From: Candidatus Cloacimonadales bacterium
GTDB taxonomy: Bacteria; Cloacimonadota; Cloacimonadia; Cloacimonadales; JAFGVF01
Assembly: GCA_963677495.2 (NCBI GenBank)
Contig: CAXXOU010000004.1
Location: forward strand, 192,001-256,000
Reading direction: 5' to 3'
Length of the DNA stretch: 64,000 nucleotides
Under the pieces are notes generated by a model. It did not search any database and was not told the DNA's origin. It saw only the letters and a program-made list of their open reading frames with translations. Shown here piece after piece: positions 20,788 through 30,633 of this stretch; the stretch's first letter is position 1, and each line of letters starts with the position of its first letter. Position numbers and translations under genes: made by a program.

Positions 20788-20818
20788 AAAAAAGCTGTTG
20801 AGACATCTCAACAGCTTT
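20788..20818 (-). terminator. Terminator after tRNA-Leu
   Basis: AAAGCTGTTGAGA-ca-TCTCAACAGCTTT hairpin with U-tract on the minus strand. Confidence 0.8.
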
Positions 20819-20821
20819 AAA

Positions 20822-20910
20822 TGGTGCAGAAGGCGGGACTTGAACCCGCACACCCAGATTAGGGCACAAGATCCTTAGTCTTGCGTGTCTGCCAATTCCA
20901 CCACTTCTGC
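20822..20910 (-). tRNA. tRNA-Leu, anticodon AAG
   Basis: Minus strand GCAGAAGTGGTGGAATTGGCAGACACG-CAAGA-CTAAGGA-TCTTG-long variable arm-GCGGGTTCAAGTCCCGC-CTTCTGC-ACCA; anticodon at 20874-20876. Confidence 0.93.
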
Positions 20911-20917
20911 GTAAAGT

Positions 20918-21268
20918 TTATTCAGTTGGAGCAGGAGTCTCAGCCGGGGCTTCAGTTACAGGAACGACTGCATCTGTTGCCGGAGCTTCTTCAGGAGCTT
21001 CCTGAGTCCAATCAATGTTACTCTTTGGAGCTTTAGGAGATCTGTCAGATTTCACATAAAGTGCCATTGAAATACATGAGAGTAAAAATACTCCACCAAG
21101 TATCTTTGTCCATTTCTTAAGAAATGCACTAGCACCGGTTCCGCCCATAACACCTTGAGCAACGCTACCAAAGTTGGAATCTAATCCACCTTTAGATGTT
21201 TGAGCCAAAATAACAAGCACTAAGGCAACTGCTATCAGTACGTGTACTACAAATAACAAATATAACAT
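20918..21268 (-). CDS. secG: Preprotein translocase subunit SecG
   Basis: Two TM helices, ILAQTSKGGL...FG linker; followed by tRNA-Leu as is common. Confidence 0.88.
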   Translation of the reverse strand: MLYLLFVVHVLIAVALVLVILAQTSKGGLDSNFGSVAQGVMGGTGASAFLKKWTKILGGVFLLSCISMALYVKSDRSPKAPKSNIDWTQEAPEEAPATDAVVPVTEAPAETPAPTE

Positions 21269-21389
21269 TTCATCTCCATTGCTTTATTGTGGTGCTTTTA
21301 TATTTGAGTCCGTTTCTGTGTCAATAAAAAAGAAAAAAAAGTGTTAACTAAATCTTCTCGACAACGGATAAGCACCTTGTTATCAATCT

Positions 21390-22391
21390 TTAACCTATAC
21401 CGATTGCCTTTCTTACTCGTTTGATTGTTTCTGCTGCAATTGAGCGTGCACGCTCACCACCGAGTTTTAATTGCTGATCGATATAGTCTTTATTATCCAT
21501 TAAGTCGTTGTATCGTTCTCTGTATGGTGCAATCTGCTCATTCATGGCTTCAAATAAAGCCTGTTTAGCTTCACCCCAGCCCATGCCACCGGCAGTGTAA
21601 CGATTGCGCAGGGCTTCAATTTGCTCTGCATTGGCAAAAAGCTTATATAGGGTGAAAACAGAGCATGTATCAGGATCTTTAGGTTCCTCAATAGTCTGTG
21701 AGTTTGTTACTATCTTCATTACCTTCTTTCTTAGCTTCTTTTCAGGAAGGAACATTGGGATAGTATTATTATAACTCTTAGACATTTTTCTACCATCAAG
21801 TCCTACAACAGTCTGTGATGCAGGAGTAGAGTATGGCTCAGGAATTACAAGTACATCCTCTTTATAGGTATGATTAATTGTTTGAGCTATATCAACTCCC
21901 ATCTCAATATGCTGGAACTGGTCTTTACCAACAGGTACGAAATTAGTATCGAAGAGCAGAATGTCAGCAGCCATAAGGATTGGATAAGTATATAGTCCCA
22001 TGTTCACACCGATGTCCTGGTCTTTTCCCTCTTCGTTATTTGCTTGGACCATAGCTTTATAAGCGTGTGCCCTATTCATAAGACCTTTGGGTGTGTAAGC
22101 CATAAGAATAACTGCAAGGTCGAAGGTTTCAGGTACGTCAGACTGACGATAGAAGAGTACCTCTTCGGGATTTAGTCCACATGCAAGCCATGCTGCTGCA
22201 ATTTCATATATATAGTCTTTTAAAAGCTTAGGGTCTCTAATCTGGTTCAATGCGTGATAATCTGCAATGAAATACCTAGCATCAAACTTTTTTGCAAGTT
22301 CTAAAGCCGGTCTAATAGAACCTATATAGTTACCTATATGTGGCTCTCCTGTAGGTTTAATTCCTGTTAAAGAAACTTTTCTTGATGTCAT
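21390..22391 (-). CDS. trpS: Tryptophanyl-tRNA synthetase
   Basis: TGIKPTGEPHIGNY, YPILMAADIL, VPVGKDQ, KMSKS. Confidence 0.97.
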   Translation of the reverse strand: MTSRKVSLTGIKPTGEPHIGNYIGSIRPALELAKKFDARYFIADYHALNQIRDPKLLKDYIYEIAAAWLACGLNPEEVLFYRQSDVPETFDLAVILMAYTPKGLMNRAHAYKAMVQANNEEGKDQDIGVNMGLYTYPILMAADILLFDTNFVPVGKDQFQHIEMGVDIAQTINHTYKEDVLVIPEPYSTPASQTVVGLDGRKMSKSYNNTIPMFLPEKKLRKKVMKIVTNSQTIEEPKDPDTCSVFTLYKLFANAEQIEALRNRYTAGGMGWGEAKQALFEAMNEQIAPYRERYNDLMDNKDYIDQQLKLGGERARSIAAETIKRVRKAIGIG

Positions 22392-22542
22392 AACGACTCC
22401 CGTAAATGTAATGCAGGCTAAGTTTAAGGAATAACGATATTAGGCAAGGACAAAATTAATCCCCCATATATTAATAATTATATTTACAATTTAGTGTAGG
22501 ATACTATTCTTTTACTATAGCTAGTGCAAAGGAGTTATTCGA

Positions 22543-24558
22543 ATGAAGAAAGTTAATCTTATCTTGATAAATATTGTATTGTTATTCTCAATTAGTTGTA
22601 ATCTACTTTCAATCATTACATGGGAAAATGTTCCCGAGATCTCAACCCAGATAAACAGAATTAAAACAGCTGATGATGAGATGTTTTTTGCAGGAGAGGA
22701 CCATTGCTACTTAATGGACTCAAACGGAATGATAACAGATATTAATTTACCTGATAGAAGTTTTGTGGATGCATTGAGATTGGAAGATAATAGATATATT
22801 GTAGTTTATGAAGATTTTATGATGGGGGAGAGTTATATTGCCCTTCTAAATACTGTGGATAGCTCTCTTACAAACCTAACTGCTATAAGTAATCCTGGTA
22901 AATTGAGCCATCTTCCCGGTAAAGGCTTGTACACATGCGCAACAAATTCCGGGATGATGTTATCATATGATGGTCTGGCGTGGGGCATGTCAGAACTAAT
23001 GACAAGTCCGACACATCAGATTTTGGAATGTAATCAAGGAATTATTTGTAGAGAAAGTGGTGATCTGTATGAACTACATGATTCAATGAGTTTTGCATAT
23101 AATGGACAAAGTCCAATAACTGCACCAGAACTTAATGAAATCTCAGGGCTTGTAGCTAGTAGACAGCATCCGGGTATATTTTGGGCTATTACAGATTCCG
23201 GGGGAGATGCAGTTGTATATGCCTTGAATAGTTTGGGTGAACTTGTGAATACGTTTCCAATTCCATTGAGTGATAATCGTGACTATGAGGATATTGCAAT
23301 TGGACAACTTGAAGAAGGTGGACCTGAGTATATCTTCATAGCGGACGTTGGGAACAACTCATTAGCTACAGATATTATGCAAATCTATGTTGTACCCGAG
23401 CCGGTGGATGTTTATGGAACTCCAATAGATTTACCTTTAGAGAACGTTTTTCATTTCCAGTATCCGGATCGCAACTATGATTGTGAAACTCTTATGTTTG
23501 ATCCTATTTCAAAAAACTTCTATATTCTGATTAAATCAGATCCGAACAATAGCATCCCGGATAACAAGATGTTCGTTCTTGAAGCTCCACATGAAAACAC
23601 ACTAAGGACTGTTGAGCTAGTTGGAAATCCTGACTTTCCAACGGATTTTGTAGTTAATCGTGGAGCTACAGCCGGTGATATTTCATATGATGGTGGTGAA
23701 ATCTTGGTTAGAACTTATGATCATGTTTATTACTGGCAAAGAGGGGATGATCAGAGTGTTGAAGATGCTATGAATGCACAAGCTGAAGTGCTCCCATATA
23801 ACATCGAGGCTCAAGGTGAGTCAATATGCTGGAACCTTTTCTCGGAAGCATATTATACTGCGAGTGAAACGGTTACTAATATCAGTAGATATACTCGGTC
23901 AGCTTATTCGCAATTACAGGTAAACATTTGGCCGTTGAGAAACATTTTTGTCAATGATGCTAACAACATATTGTTAGCCCGTAATACACCTGAATATGGT
24001 GTCTATGAAGTTGTTTCAAATCTTATTGATGTTGTTAATTTAATCATTCCCGGATATAGAGTGAATGGGATAATTCAGCTTCCTAATACTGATTATGTTT
24101 TGTTTGATATTGATGATAGGGTGGTTTATTATGATGGAATAGCAAATGAGATTGCAGATATTTCAGTCGTGGATACTGTTCATGATGTCGTATATGATGA
24201 AGGAACAGATTATCTGTATGTTGCAGGATTAAATGGTGTTGTTAAGGCATTACGAAATACTCCTATTGAGGAGAATGTTCAACAAGTAACACAAACCTCT
24301 ATAAGCCCTAATCCTTTTATCGATTCTGTTACATTCAAAGTCGATTCAATTATGAAGCAAAAGGACAGTAAAATCACTATATACAATGTTAAAGGACAAC
24401 GAATTTACTCACAAACACAAAGTCTACAGAAAGGACTGAATGAACTACAATGGAATGGTTTAGATAGAAATAATAGATCTGTTCCTACAGGTGTTTACTT
24501 CTACAAAATAGATACAGGTGAGAGTTCATTATCCGGTAAACTTGTAAAGATGAAGTAG
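22543..24558 (+). CDS. Secreted beta-propeller-like protein with FlgD-Ig/T9SS-like C-terminal domain
   Basis: Signal peptide; EISGL/DSGG/DYEDIA/IADVGNN/DCET/QGESI repeats; SPNPF...YNVKGQ...WNGLD...GVYFY tail. Confidence 0.7.
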   Translation: MKKVNLILINIVLLFSISCNLLSIITWENVPEISTQINRIKTADDEMFFAGEDHCYLMDSNGMITDINLPDRSFVDALRLEDNRYIVVYEDFMMGESYIALLNTVDSSLTNLTAISNPGKLSHLPGKGLYTCATNSGMMLSYDGLAWGMSELMTSPTHQILECNQGIICRESGDLYELHDSMSFAYNGQSPITAPELNEISGLVASRQHPGIFWAITDSGGDAVVYALNSLGELVNTFPIPLSDNRDYEDIAIGQLEEGGPEYIFIADVGNNSLATDIMQIYVVPEPVDVYGTPIDLPLENVFHFQYPDRNYDCETLMFDPISKNFYILIKSDPNNSIPDNKMFVLEAPHENTLRTVELVGNPDFPTDFVVNRGATAGDISYDGGEILVRTYDHVYYWQRGDDQSVEDAMNAQAEVLPYNIEAQGESICWNLFSEAYYTASETVTNISRYTRSAYSQLQVNIWPLRNIFVNDANNILLARNTPEYGVYEVVSNLIDVVNLIIPGYRVNGIIQLPNTDYVLFDIDDRVVYYDGIANEIADISVVDTVHDVVYDEGTDYLYVAGLNGVVKALRNTPIEENVQQVTQTSISPNPFIDSVTFKVDSIMKQKDSKITIYNVKGQRIYSQTQSLQKGLNELQWNGLDRNNRSVPTGVYFYKIDTGESSLSGKLVKMK

Positions 24559-24630
24559 ATTTTCTTTGACACTATAGCAAATATTAACTTTATTTAAATA
24601 TACTTATAAAAAGGAACCTAAGGAGATATT

Positions 24631-26238
24631 ATGAAGAAACTGGCACTATTTTTAATATTACTGTTGCCATTAGTACTTTTTGCTCAAGAAGCACAAACTG
24701 AGCAAACTGAACAAGACGGTTTCCAAATGGGCGGTTCTGTAGGAACTGTTACTATTGGAGATAAAATGTACACATCAATCAGGCTTATGCCTGAGCTTGC
24801 TATTTGGAAGTTCGGAATTGGTCTTGATGTTGATCTATTAATTGATGAAGATGGTAACATCAGAGAAGAAGATTGGGATGACTGGGAAGACTATGTAAAC
24901 AAATTCTATTATCTGCGTTTTGCCCGTAGACAAGATCCTTTCTATTTCAAGATTGGTGGCATTAGAGGTTATACATTAGGTAACGGTCTTTTAATGGATA
25001 ACTACTCAAACATGCTTAATTACCCAAATGTAAGACAGATCGGTCTTTATACAGGCTTTAATGCATATAGTCTTGCTAACCTTGGTGGAGAAGTTTTTAC
25101 TTCTAATGTTACAGAGAATGATATCTTAGCCGGTAGAGTTAGAATCAATCCTTTCTACTATACTGCTATTCCATATCTTGATAATTTAATGATTGGAGCT
25201 TCTATCGCAACAGACAGAAACCAGTATAATGGTATTCTTGATACAGATGGCGATAAAGTTCCGGATGCGTTTGATGCTTTCCCTGATGACAAAGATTATG
25301 CAGCTGATACTGATAATGACGGAAAACCGGATGAGATGGATCCGGATAGTGATGGTGATGACCTTTATGATTTCGATGAAGACTATTTCTACGAGCATTG
25401 GCAGGATGAAGTGCAGACTGACCTAACTTGGGAAGATTATAGTGAAGCATTAAATACTCTTGGTTTACTTGATGATGAAGTTGATCTACTTAAACCAACT
25501 GAGATTGGTGATGATGATGCAACTGTTATAGGCCTTGATTATGAATTACCGCTTTTCCCATTGAACGTTGATTGGAAGAACCCACCAAAGTTCTATATTG
25601 CGCATTACTCAGAATATGCTAAGATTATTGATAATGGTGATGGAATAATATTCCCGGGTTTCAAGTTCATCTGGAACCTTTCACCAAACGTATTTAAGCT
25701 TACATCTAATCTTGAATATAGAATCTTCAACGAAAAGTTTATCCCCGGTTACTTTGATGCTCTGTACGATGACCAAAGAGCACGAATCAAATCTGATGGT
25801 GATAGCTTAAGAATTGAACTCAAAGAAGAAACTCTTGATGATATAGCTGCATCACAAGGTTGGTATGGTAAACTTCGAATTGACTTGTTCCAGTTCCTAT
25901 TCGCATCAGTTGCTTATCAGCATATGACAGCAGATGATAATGTACAGGATTTTGAAGCTTATCAATCTATCTGGGCAAATGCAGGTGTGAACCTTAATAT
26001 TGTACCTGTTGTAAAAGATGCATCAATTGGATACTCACAAACAAATGTGGATAAAATCAGATACTTAGAAGATGAGAATGCTTATGTTTTTGGACAAGTT
26101 AAAGCAGAAGTTTCTCCTAATACAATGCTTGTTGGTAAATACCAAGTATTCTGGAACGATATTGACGACAATGGTAAGATAGAAGGTAGTGAAGAAACTA
26201 CTGAGACTTACTCTGTTGGTGTTGAATTCAAATTCTAA
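24631..26238 (+). CDS. Outer-membrane protein with thrombospondin type 3-like Ca-binding insert
   Basis: Signal peptide; DTDGDKVPDAFDAFPDD, DTDNDGKPDEMDPDSDGD; ends VGVEFKF. Confidence 0.65.
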   Translation: MKKLALFLILLLPLVLFAQEAQTEQTEQDGFQMGGSVGTVTIGDKMYTSIRLMPELAIWKFGIGLDVDLLIDEDGNIREEDWDDWEDYVNKFYYLRFARRQDPFYFKIGGIRGYTLGNGLLMDNYSNMLNYPNVRQIGLYTGFNAYSLANLGGEVFTSNVTENDILAGRVRINPFYYTAIPYLDNLMIGASIATDRNQYNGILDTDGDKVPDAFDAFPDDKDYAADTDNDGKPDEMDPDSDGDDLYDFDEDYFYEHWQDEVQTDLTWEDYSEALNTLGLLDDEVDLLKPTEIGDDDATVIGLDYELPLFPLNVDWKNPPKFYIAHYSEYAKIIDNGDGIIFPGFKFIWNLSPNVFKLTSNLEYRIFNEKFIPGYFDALYDDQRARIKSDGDSLRIELKEETLDDIAASQGWYGKLRIDLFQFLFASVAYQHMTADDNVQDFEAYQSIWANAGVNLNIVPVVKDASIGYSQTNVDKIRYLEDENAYVFGQVKAEVSPNTMLVGKYQVFWNDIDDNGKIEGSEETTETYSVGVEFKF

Positions 26239-26345
26239 AGTATTAATTGATAATAGAAGGGGACTTGCGGTTGCAAGTCCCTAAATCTATGTAAAACGAC
26301 ATTCCGGGTCGTTTAACTTCTATGTTAACTCTCAGCAGATAAAGT

Positions 26346-27035
26346 TTATATCCCTTTCATCACAAGCGTATCCCAAGGTTTCTTAAGATAGTATTTCATA
26401 GTATGTTTCTGCTTGCCATTAAGTCCTTCTCCAACCTTCTCGTCAAAGTCTTTAAGAACAAGGTACTTCTCAAAAGGAAGGTTTAGCTCATCAGCAACTT
26501 CCTGGATTATATCAATCCCATCTTTCACAACTTGTTCATCAGTATACTGCATCATGTTAGAGTTACATACTAGTTCAGTAACTCGCAGGCCTGATGCTTT
26601 TTGCAGCATATCCATCATGCCGAATATCTCGTCTTTATTAGTTGTAAAAGGTCTGTTTGTGTTGATTACAAGATGAAGTTCGTATCCTCTTGTTTTGATG
26701 TCGTGCACGAATCTACCAAGCGTTCTGCAGCCCATAGGGTCACCACCAACATCCAGGACAACATTCTTCTCACGATTCACAATAGCACCACGAATACGTG
26801 GAGAGATCATCGGCAGGTCTGCATGTTTGAATTGTCCATCCGGAGCAATAACTTCTATGCCCTCTTTCTCAAACTCTTCACGAACATCTCTACTCCGGAA
26901 ATAGGGGTTCACAACGTCCATATCAGCTAACACAACATTGTCGTTGCCTTCACTCATCTCTTTTGCCAGATTGATTGAATATTCGCTTTTACCGCTACCG
27001 TATGCACCGATTACAACGATTAACTTGTTTTCCAT
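26346..27035 (-). CDS. P-loop ATP-binding protein (MinD/CobQ-like, DxDVVNPYFRSR family)
   Basis: GAYGSGKSE Walker A, DMDVVNPYFRSR, DVGGD, NTNRPFT. Confidence 0.8.
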   Translation of the reverse strand: MENKLIVVIGAYGSGKSEYSINLAKEMSEGNDNVVLADMDVVNPYFRSRDVREEFEKEGIEVIAPDGQFKHADLPMISPRIRGAIVNREKNVVLDVGGDPMGCRTLGRFVHDIKTRGYELHLVINTNRPFTTNKDEIFGMMDMLQKASGLRVTELVCNSNMMQYTDEQVVKDGIDIIQEVADELNLPFEKYLVLKDFDEKVGEGLNGKQKHTMKYYLKKPWDTLVMKGI

Positions 27036-27713
27036 CTATACCTCATTAATGTTTTTCCTAAATATTAATTGAAACTTCTCCAAAAGCTCAAAATGATTTG
27101 CAATAAAATCATTCGCTTCTGCTTTAATCTGCTCATGCTCATGCTTAGCCCATTTGTCATATATCCCAATCGTAGTCATACCTGCATTATTACCGGCTTG
27201 TATTCCTGCAATAGTATCTTCAACAACCAATATATCTTTAGGGGAGATGTTAAGTTTTGTTGCGGTATTAAGATATATGTCAGGATGCGGTTTCCCTTTA
27301 ATGTCATTACTTCCGGTTTGAACATGTAGAAAGTATTCAGATATGTCATTCTTACTTAAGGCCAATGCTGCAAGTTCATCTGAGTTGCTAGTCCCTATTG
27401 CCATCGGTATCTCATTCTCTTTCAAAAACTGCAAAACATCAAGAGCACCCGGTTTCAGACAAATCTCTGTTTTATATAACTCATAAACTCTGTCTGTCCA
27501 TTCCTGCATAATCTCTTCAATAGTTTCAGGAAGGTTAAATCTTTCTTTGAAATACTGAGCTAAACCTGAGTAACTATTCCCTTGGGGAACAGAATCAAAA
27601 AGGTCTTTTGGAACATCTATCCCTCGTTTACCAAGAAAATCTTTATCAACATCAAGCCAAACACCCATTGAGTCAATAAGGGTGCCATCAAGGTCAAAAA
27701 TTACTGCTTTCAT
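27036..27713 (-). CDS. HAD-family phosphatase
   Basis: FDLDGTLIDS, GTS, KPHPDIY, VEDTIAG. Confidence 0.9.
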   Translation of the reverse strand: MKAVIFDLDGTLIDSMGVWLDVDKDFLGKRGIDVPKDLFDSVPQGNSYSGLAQYFKERFNLPETIEEIMQEWTDRVYELYKTEICLKPGALDVLQFLKENEIPMAIGTSNSDELAALALSKNDISEYFLHVQTGSNDIKGKPHPDIYLNTATKLNISPKDILVVEDTIAGIQAGNNAGMTTIGIYDKWAKHEHEQIKAEANDFIANHFELLEKFQLIFRKNINEV

Positions 27714-28034
27714 TTACATCTCCTGCAAAACAAAAACTGTGAAAGTACTATAATAGTCAATCACTAAATGCCCTCTTGTCATGCGAGTTTATCTCTATAA
27801 ATAAAAATATTTTAAAAAATAATAACAATTAAAATATTCTTAGCATTGTCATGCTAAATGCTTGGTTATCAGTGTCTTAAGTATTGTATAGTTGCCTTTC
27901 GGTGGCAGTAAAAAAGGTCATATCTGCTTATTTTATCGGTAATTACGTAAATTTGTGTTGACAAATAATCTTTTATCCTGTTTTTTATTATCAGCCTATC
28001 TGCTAAGACTTTATAATTAAAGAAGGAGGAAAAA

Positions 28035-28307
28035 ATGAGTAGAGAAGGATTAATCAAAAAAATAGCCGAAGATGCAGGCTTAACCAAAAAAGTTGCAACT
28101 ACAGCTTTGAATTCCGTATTAGAAGGTATTCAAACAACTCTTGAAGCCGGTGACAAAGTTACTCTTATCGGTTTCGGTACTTTCTCAGTTAAAGAGCGTC
28201 CTGCACGTATGGGCGTTAACCCTCAAACTAAAAAGAAAATTAAAATAGCTGCGAAGAAAGTTCCTGTTTTCAAGGCAGGTGCAAAACTTAAAGAAGCTGT
28301 AAAATAA
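28035..28307 (+). CDS. hup: DNA-binding protein HU
   Basis: GDKVTLIGFGTFSVKERPARMGVNPQT...PVFKAGAKLKEAVK. Confidence 0.96.
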   Translation: MSREGLIKKIAEDAGLTKKVATTALNSVLEGIQTTLEAGDKVTLIGFGTFSVKERPARMGVNPQTKKKIKIAAKKVPVFKAGAKLKEAVK

Positions 28308-28326
28308 TTTAATTTTTATTATTTAT

Positions 28327-28357
28327 AAAAAGGGATGCTTTTGGCATCCCCTTTTTT
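28327..28357. terminator. Terminator after hup
   Basis: GGGATGC-ttttg-GCATCCC followed by T-run. Confidence 0.8.
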
Positions 28358-28392
28358 ATTTATAAAACTATCGATTTATATCTTATCAACTA

Positions 28393-28683
28393 TTAATAGT
28401 TACCAATAGCTAACTCATAGATGACAGCACTAAAAAATATCCAAAATGATGTTGATAAAATGGAACCCACGATAAGGACAATTAATTGAGCCTTAGCCCA
28501 ATTTGACTTAATCTTATTTGTTGAACTATCGAATGACCAGATAATTAAAACTATGAGATTAATCAATGGGATCCACATTAGAAACATTGTCCAAAGCCAC
28601 TCACCGACACCAATTATCTTTACAGGTTCACCTCTGACCTCAGGTTTGGGCTCCTCTTCAAAGTAGTATGTTTTTTCTTCCAT
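28393..28683 (-). CDS. Small membrane protein
   Basis: GEWLWTMFLMWIPLINLIVLIIW...NWAKAQL pattern, two hydrophobic segments; GGAGG RBS. Confidence 0.7.
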   Translation of the reverse strand: MEEKTYYFEEEPKPEVRGEPVKIIGVGEWLWTMFLMWIPLINLIVLIIWSFDSSTNKIKSNWAKAQLIVLIVGSILSTSFWIFFSAVIYELAIGNY

Positions 28684-28855
28684 TTTTCCTCCAGTGTGCC
28701 AATTCATAACAGTGAATAGATATATGTCAATTGTTAAGTGATATATGTTATAGAGACTTGTACTAGAGAAATCATACTAATCCAATATCTGTTTACATTC
28801 ACTTGAAAAAGTTCCGAATGTTAGCTTATTGTTCATCAGCTACTATCTTCCTATT

Positions 28856-28987
28856 CTCAGCAGTAATTCATTATCCCAGATTGGTTTTATCTTGGTAACA
28901 ACTTGGCAATTTCTTTGCAATTAGGCCAAGGATAGGCCAAGGGTTGACCAAGGGTTGGGTAAGTGTTTACCAAGAATTACTGCTGAG
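28856..28987. repeat. 132-bp palindromic element with inverted CTTGG/CCAAG 11-bp arrays (copy C)
   Basis: Perfect 14-bp terminal IR CTCAGCAGTAATTC/GAATTACTGCTGAG; cores at 28880-28913 and 28926-28970 every 11 bp. Confidence 0.8.
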
Positions 28988-29017
28988 TGTATTGTCCTGA
29001 AATAGTTACCCTAAACT

Positions 29018-29452
29018 ATGAAAGGAAAAGAGATGAAAGAGAAAGAAGAAAAGAGAGTTTTGAGAAACTATAGTGTAGTATTTAAGATGAAAGTAGTAGA
29101 CGAAATCGAGAGTGGATATTTAACTATTAGTGAAGCAACTCAGCTTTATAAAATACCAAGTACGACAACCATTCGAGGTTGGATCAAAAAATATGGAATG
29201 GATCAAAAGATTGATAAGGTGGTACACTATATGACTAAAGATGAAAAGACCGAATTAATCCGCTTACGCAAGGAGAATAGACGGCTTCAGCGTGCATTGG
29301 ACGATAGCTATCTTAAAGAGTTAGCATTAGAGACATTGATAGAAGTATCCGGTAATAAGCTAGGTATGGATCTAAAAAAAAAGCTTGGTTCGATAGTGCA
29401 GGAAAAACTCAAGAAAGAGCTATTGAATGCGGACTCCGATACAGAGGATTAG
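29018..29452 (+). CDS. IS3 OrfA (HTH)
   Basis: YSVVFKMKVV...TIRGWIKKYG HTH plus coiled coil; A9G slippery run 29374-29383. Confidence 0.88.
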   Translation: MKGKEMKEKEEKRVLRNYSVVFKMKVVDEIESGYLTISEATQLYKIPSTTTIRGWIKKYGMDQKIDKVVHYMTKDEKTELIRLRKENRRLQRALDDSYLKELALETLIEVSGNKLGMDLKKKLGSIVQEKLKKELLNADSDTED

Positions 29453-29466
29453 AGAGGATTTGTAAG

Positions 29467-30255
29467 GTGTACGGTTATACAAGACAAGGCTATAATAAGC
29501 ATGTAAAAATACTCGAACGAGATGCTGCGAGAGACCGTGAGATAGTGCGACTCGTGGAAGAGCTCCGGCGAGAACAGGAGACAACAGGCTATCGAATGAT
29601 AATGAAAATGCTTATAAAACATAATGATCCTGACCTAAAGATAAGTAGAGATAAACTAATAGAGTTGTTACGTATGAATAACTTATTGCAAAGACCTCCC
29701 AAGCGATATGTAGTTACAACAAACTGGAAGCATAAATTGAAGATATACCCCAATCTTTTACCGGAAACGAACATCACAAAAAAAGACCAAGTTTGGGTAA
29801 CAGACATTACATATATCTCAGTTGGAAGGGGGTTTATGTATCTGTTTTTAGTAACAGACTACTATTCAAGAAAGATAGTTGGTCACTACTTATCTGATAC
29901 TCTGGAAACAAAAGGAGCAGTGAAGGCATTTAATAAAGCAAAAAGAGGAACAAAAATCCCGCGAGGTATAATACTTCACTCTGATCATGGTGTCCAGTAC
30001 TGTAGTAAAGAATACATCGGATTGCTTAAAAGAAGCCATGCAAGAGTTAGTATGACAGGAAAGAATCACTGCTATGATAATGCAGTCGCTGAAAGAGTAA
30101 ACAGAACATTGAAACATGATCTGGGAATGAAATTGAAATTCCCAAACAAAAAGGTCGCTTTGCAAGCAACGGAAGAAGCAGTTTATATCTATAATAATAA
30201 AAGATATCATTCTTCACTTGACTACAACACTCCTGGAAGTGTATATGCTTCTTAG
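29467..30255 (+). CDS. IS3 OrfB DDE transposase (fused to OrfA by -1 frameshift)
   Basis: WVTDITY, HSDHGVQY, DNAVAERVNRTLK, YNNKRYHSSL; the -1 frame is open back to the A-run. Confidence 0.92.
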   Translation: MYGYTRQGYNKHVKILERDAARDREIVRLVEELRREQETTGYRMIMKMLIKHNDPDLKISRDKLIELLRMNNLLQRPPKRYVVTTNWKHKLKIYPNLLPETNITKKDQVWVTDITYISVGRGFMYLFLVTDYYSRKIVGHYLSDTLETKGAVKAFNKAKRGTKIPRGIILHSDHGVQYCSKEYIGLLKRSHARVSMTGKNHCYDNAVAERVNRTLKHDLGMKLKFPNKKVALQATEEAVYIYNNKRYHSSLDYNTPGSVYAS

Positions 30256-30633
30256 TAAATCAATTTAGAAAAGATAGAATTATTTCATTCAATTGAAGTA
30301 AACTGAGTAACTAAAACTATGGTAAACTTATTCAGGACACTGCAGAGAGTAGAATGTGAATGAAGCTTATAATACCTATTTCTACATTCACTAATGTTAT
30401 GGTACTGGTTCGAAGTTCTTTTTTCTTTTCTTTTATTTTATCTTCGCTCAATAATCACATCCTTTCATTCTATAGAGCTCTTTGGAAATGAGCGCAAGTC
30501 TAAAATAAAGAGATTGTTTGAAGAAAGAATAATAATGATTATGCACATTGTAATAAGGTGTTAGCTAATTTATCTTGACAACTAAACCTGATTCTCAGAC
30601 TTGCGATATATAATATTTCCTTTGGAGGTTAAT

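Larger units (their letters stand above)
28988..30344 (+). mobile_element. IS3-family insertion sequence
   Basis: IRL TGTATTGTCCTGAAATAGTTACC, IRR (reverse complement) TGCAGTGTCCTGAATAAGTTTACC; TG...CA ends; 3-bp GAG direct repeat at 28985-87 and 30345-47; orfA/orfB. Confidence 0.93.

Noticed and set aside
22392..22542. T-box leader for trpS
   Set aside because: The region is short and AT-rich, with no T-box consensus or terminator visible.
30538..30556. TTATGCACA near the gcvH promoter as a fourth box-pair element
   Set aside because: The second half-site and spacing do not fit, and no clear 11-bp array is adjacent.
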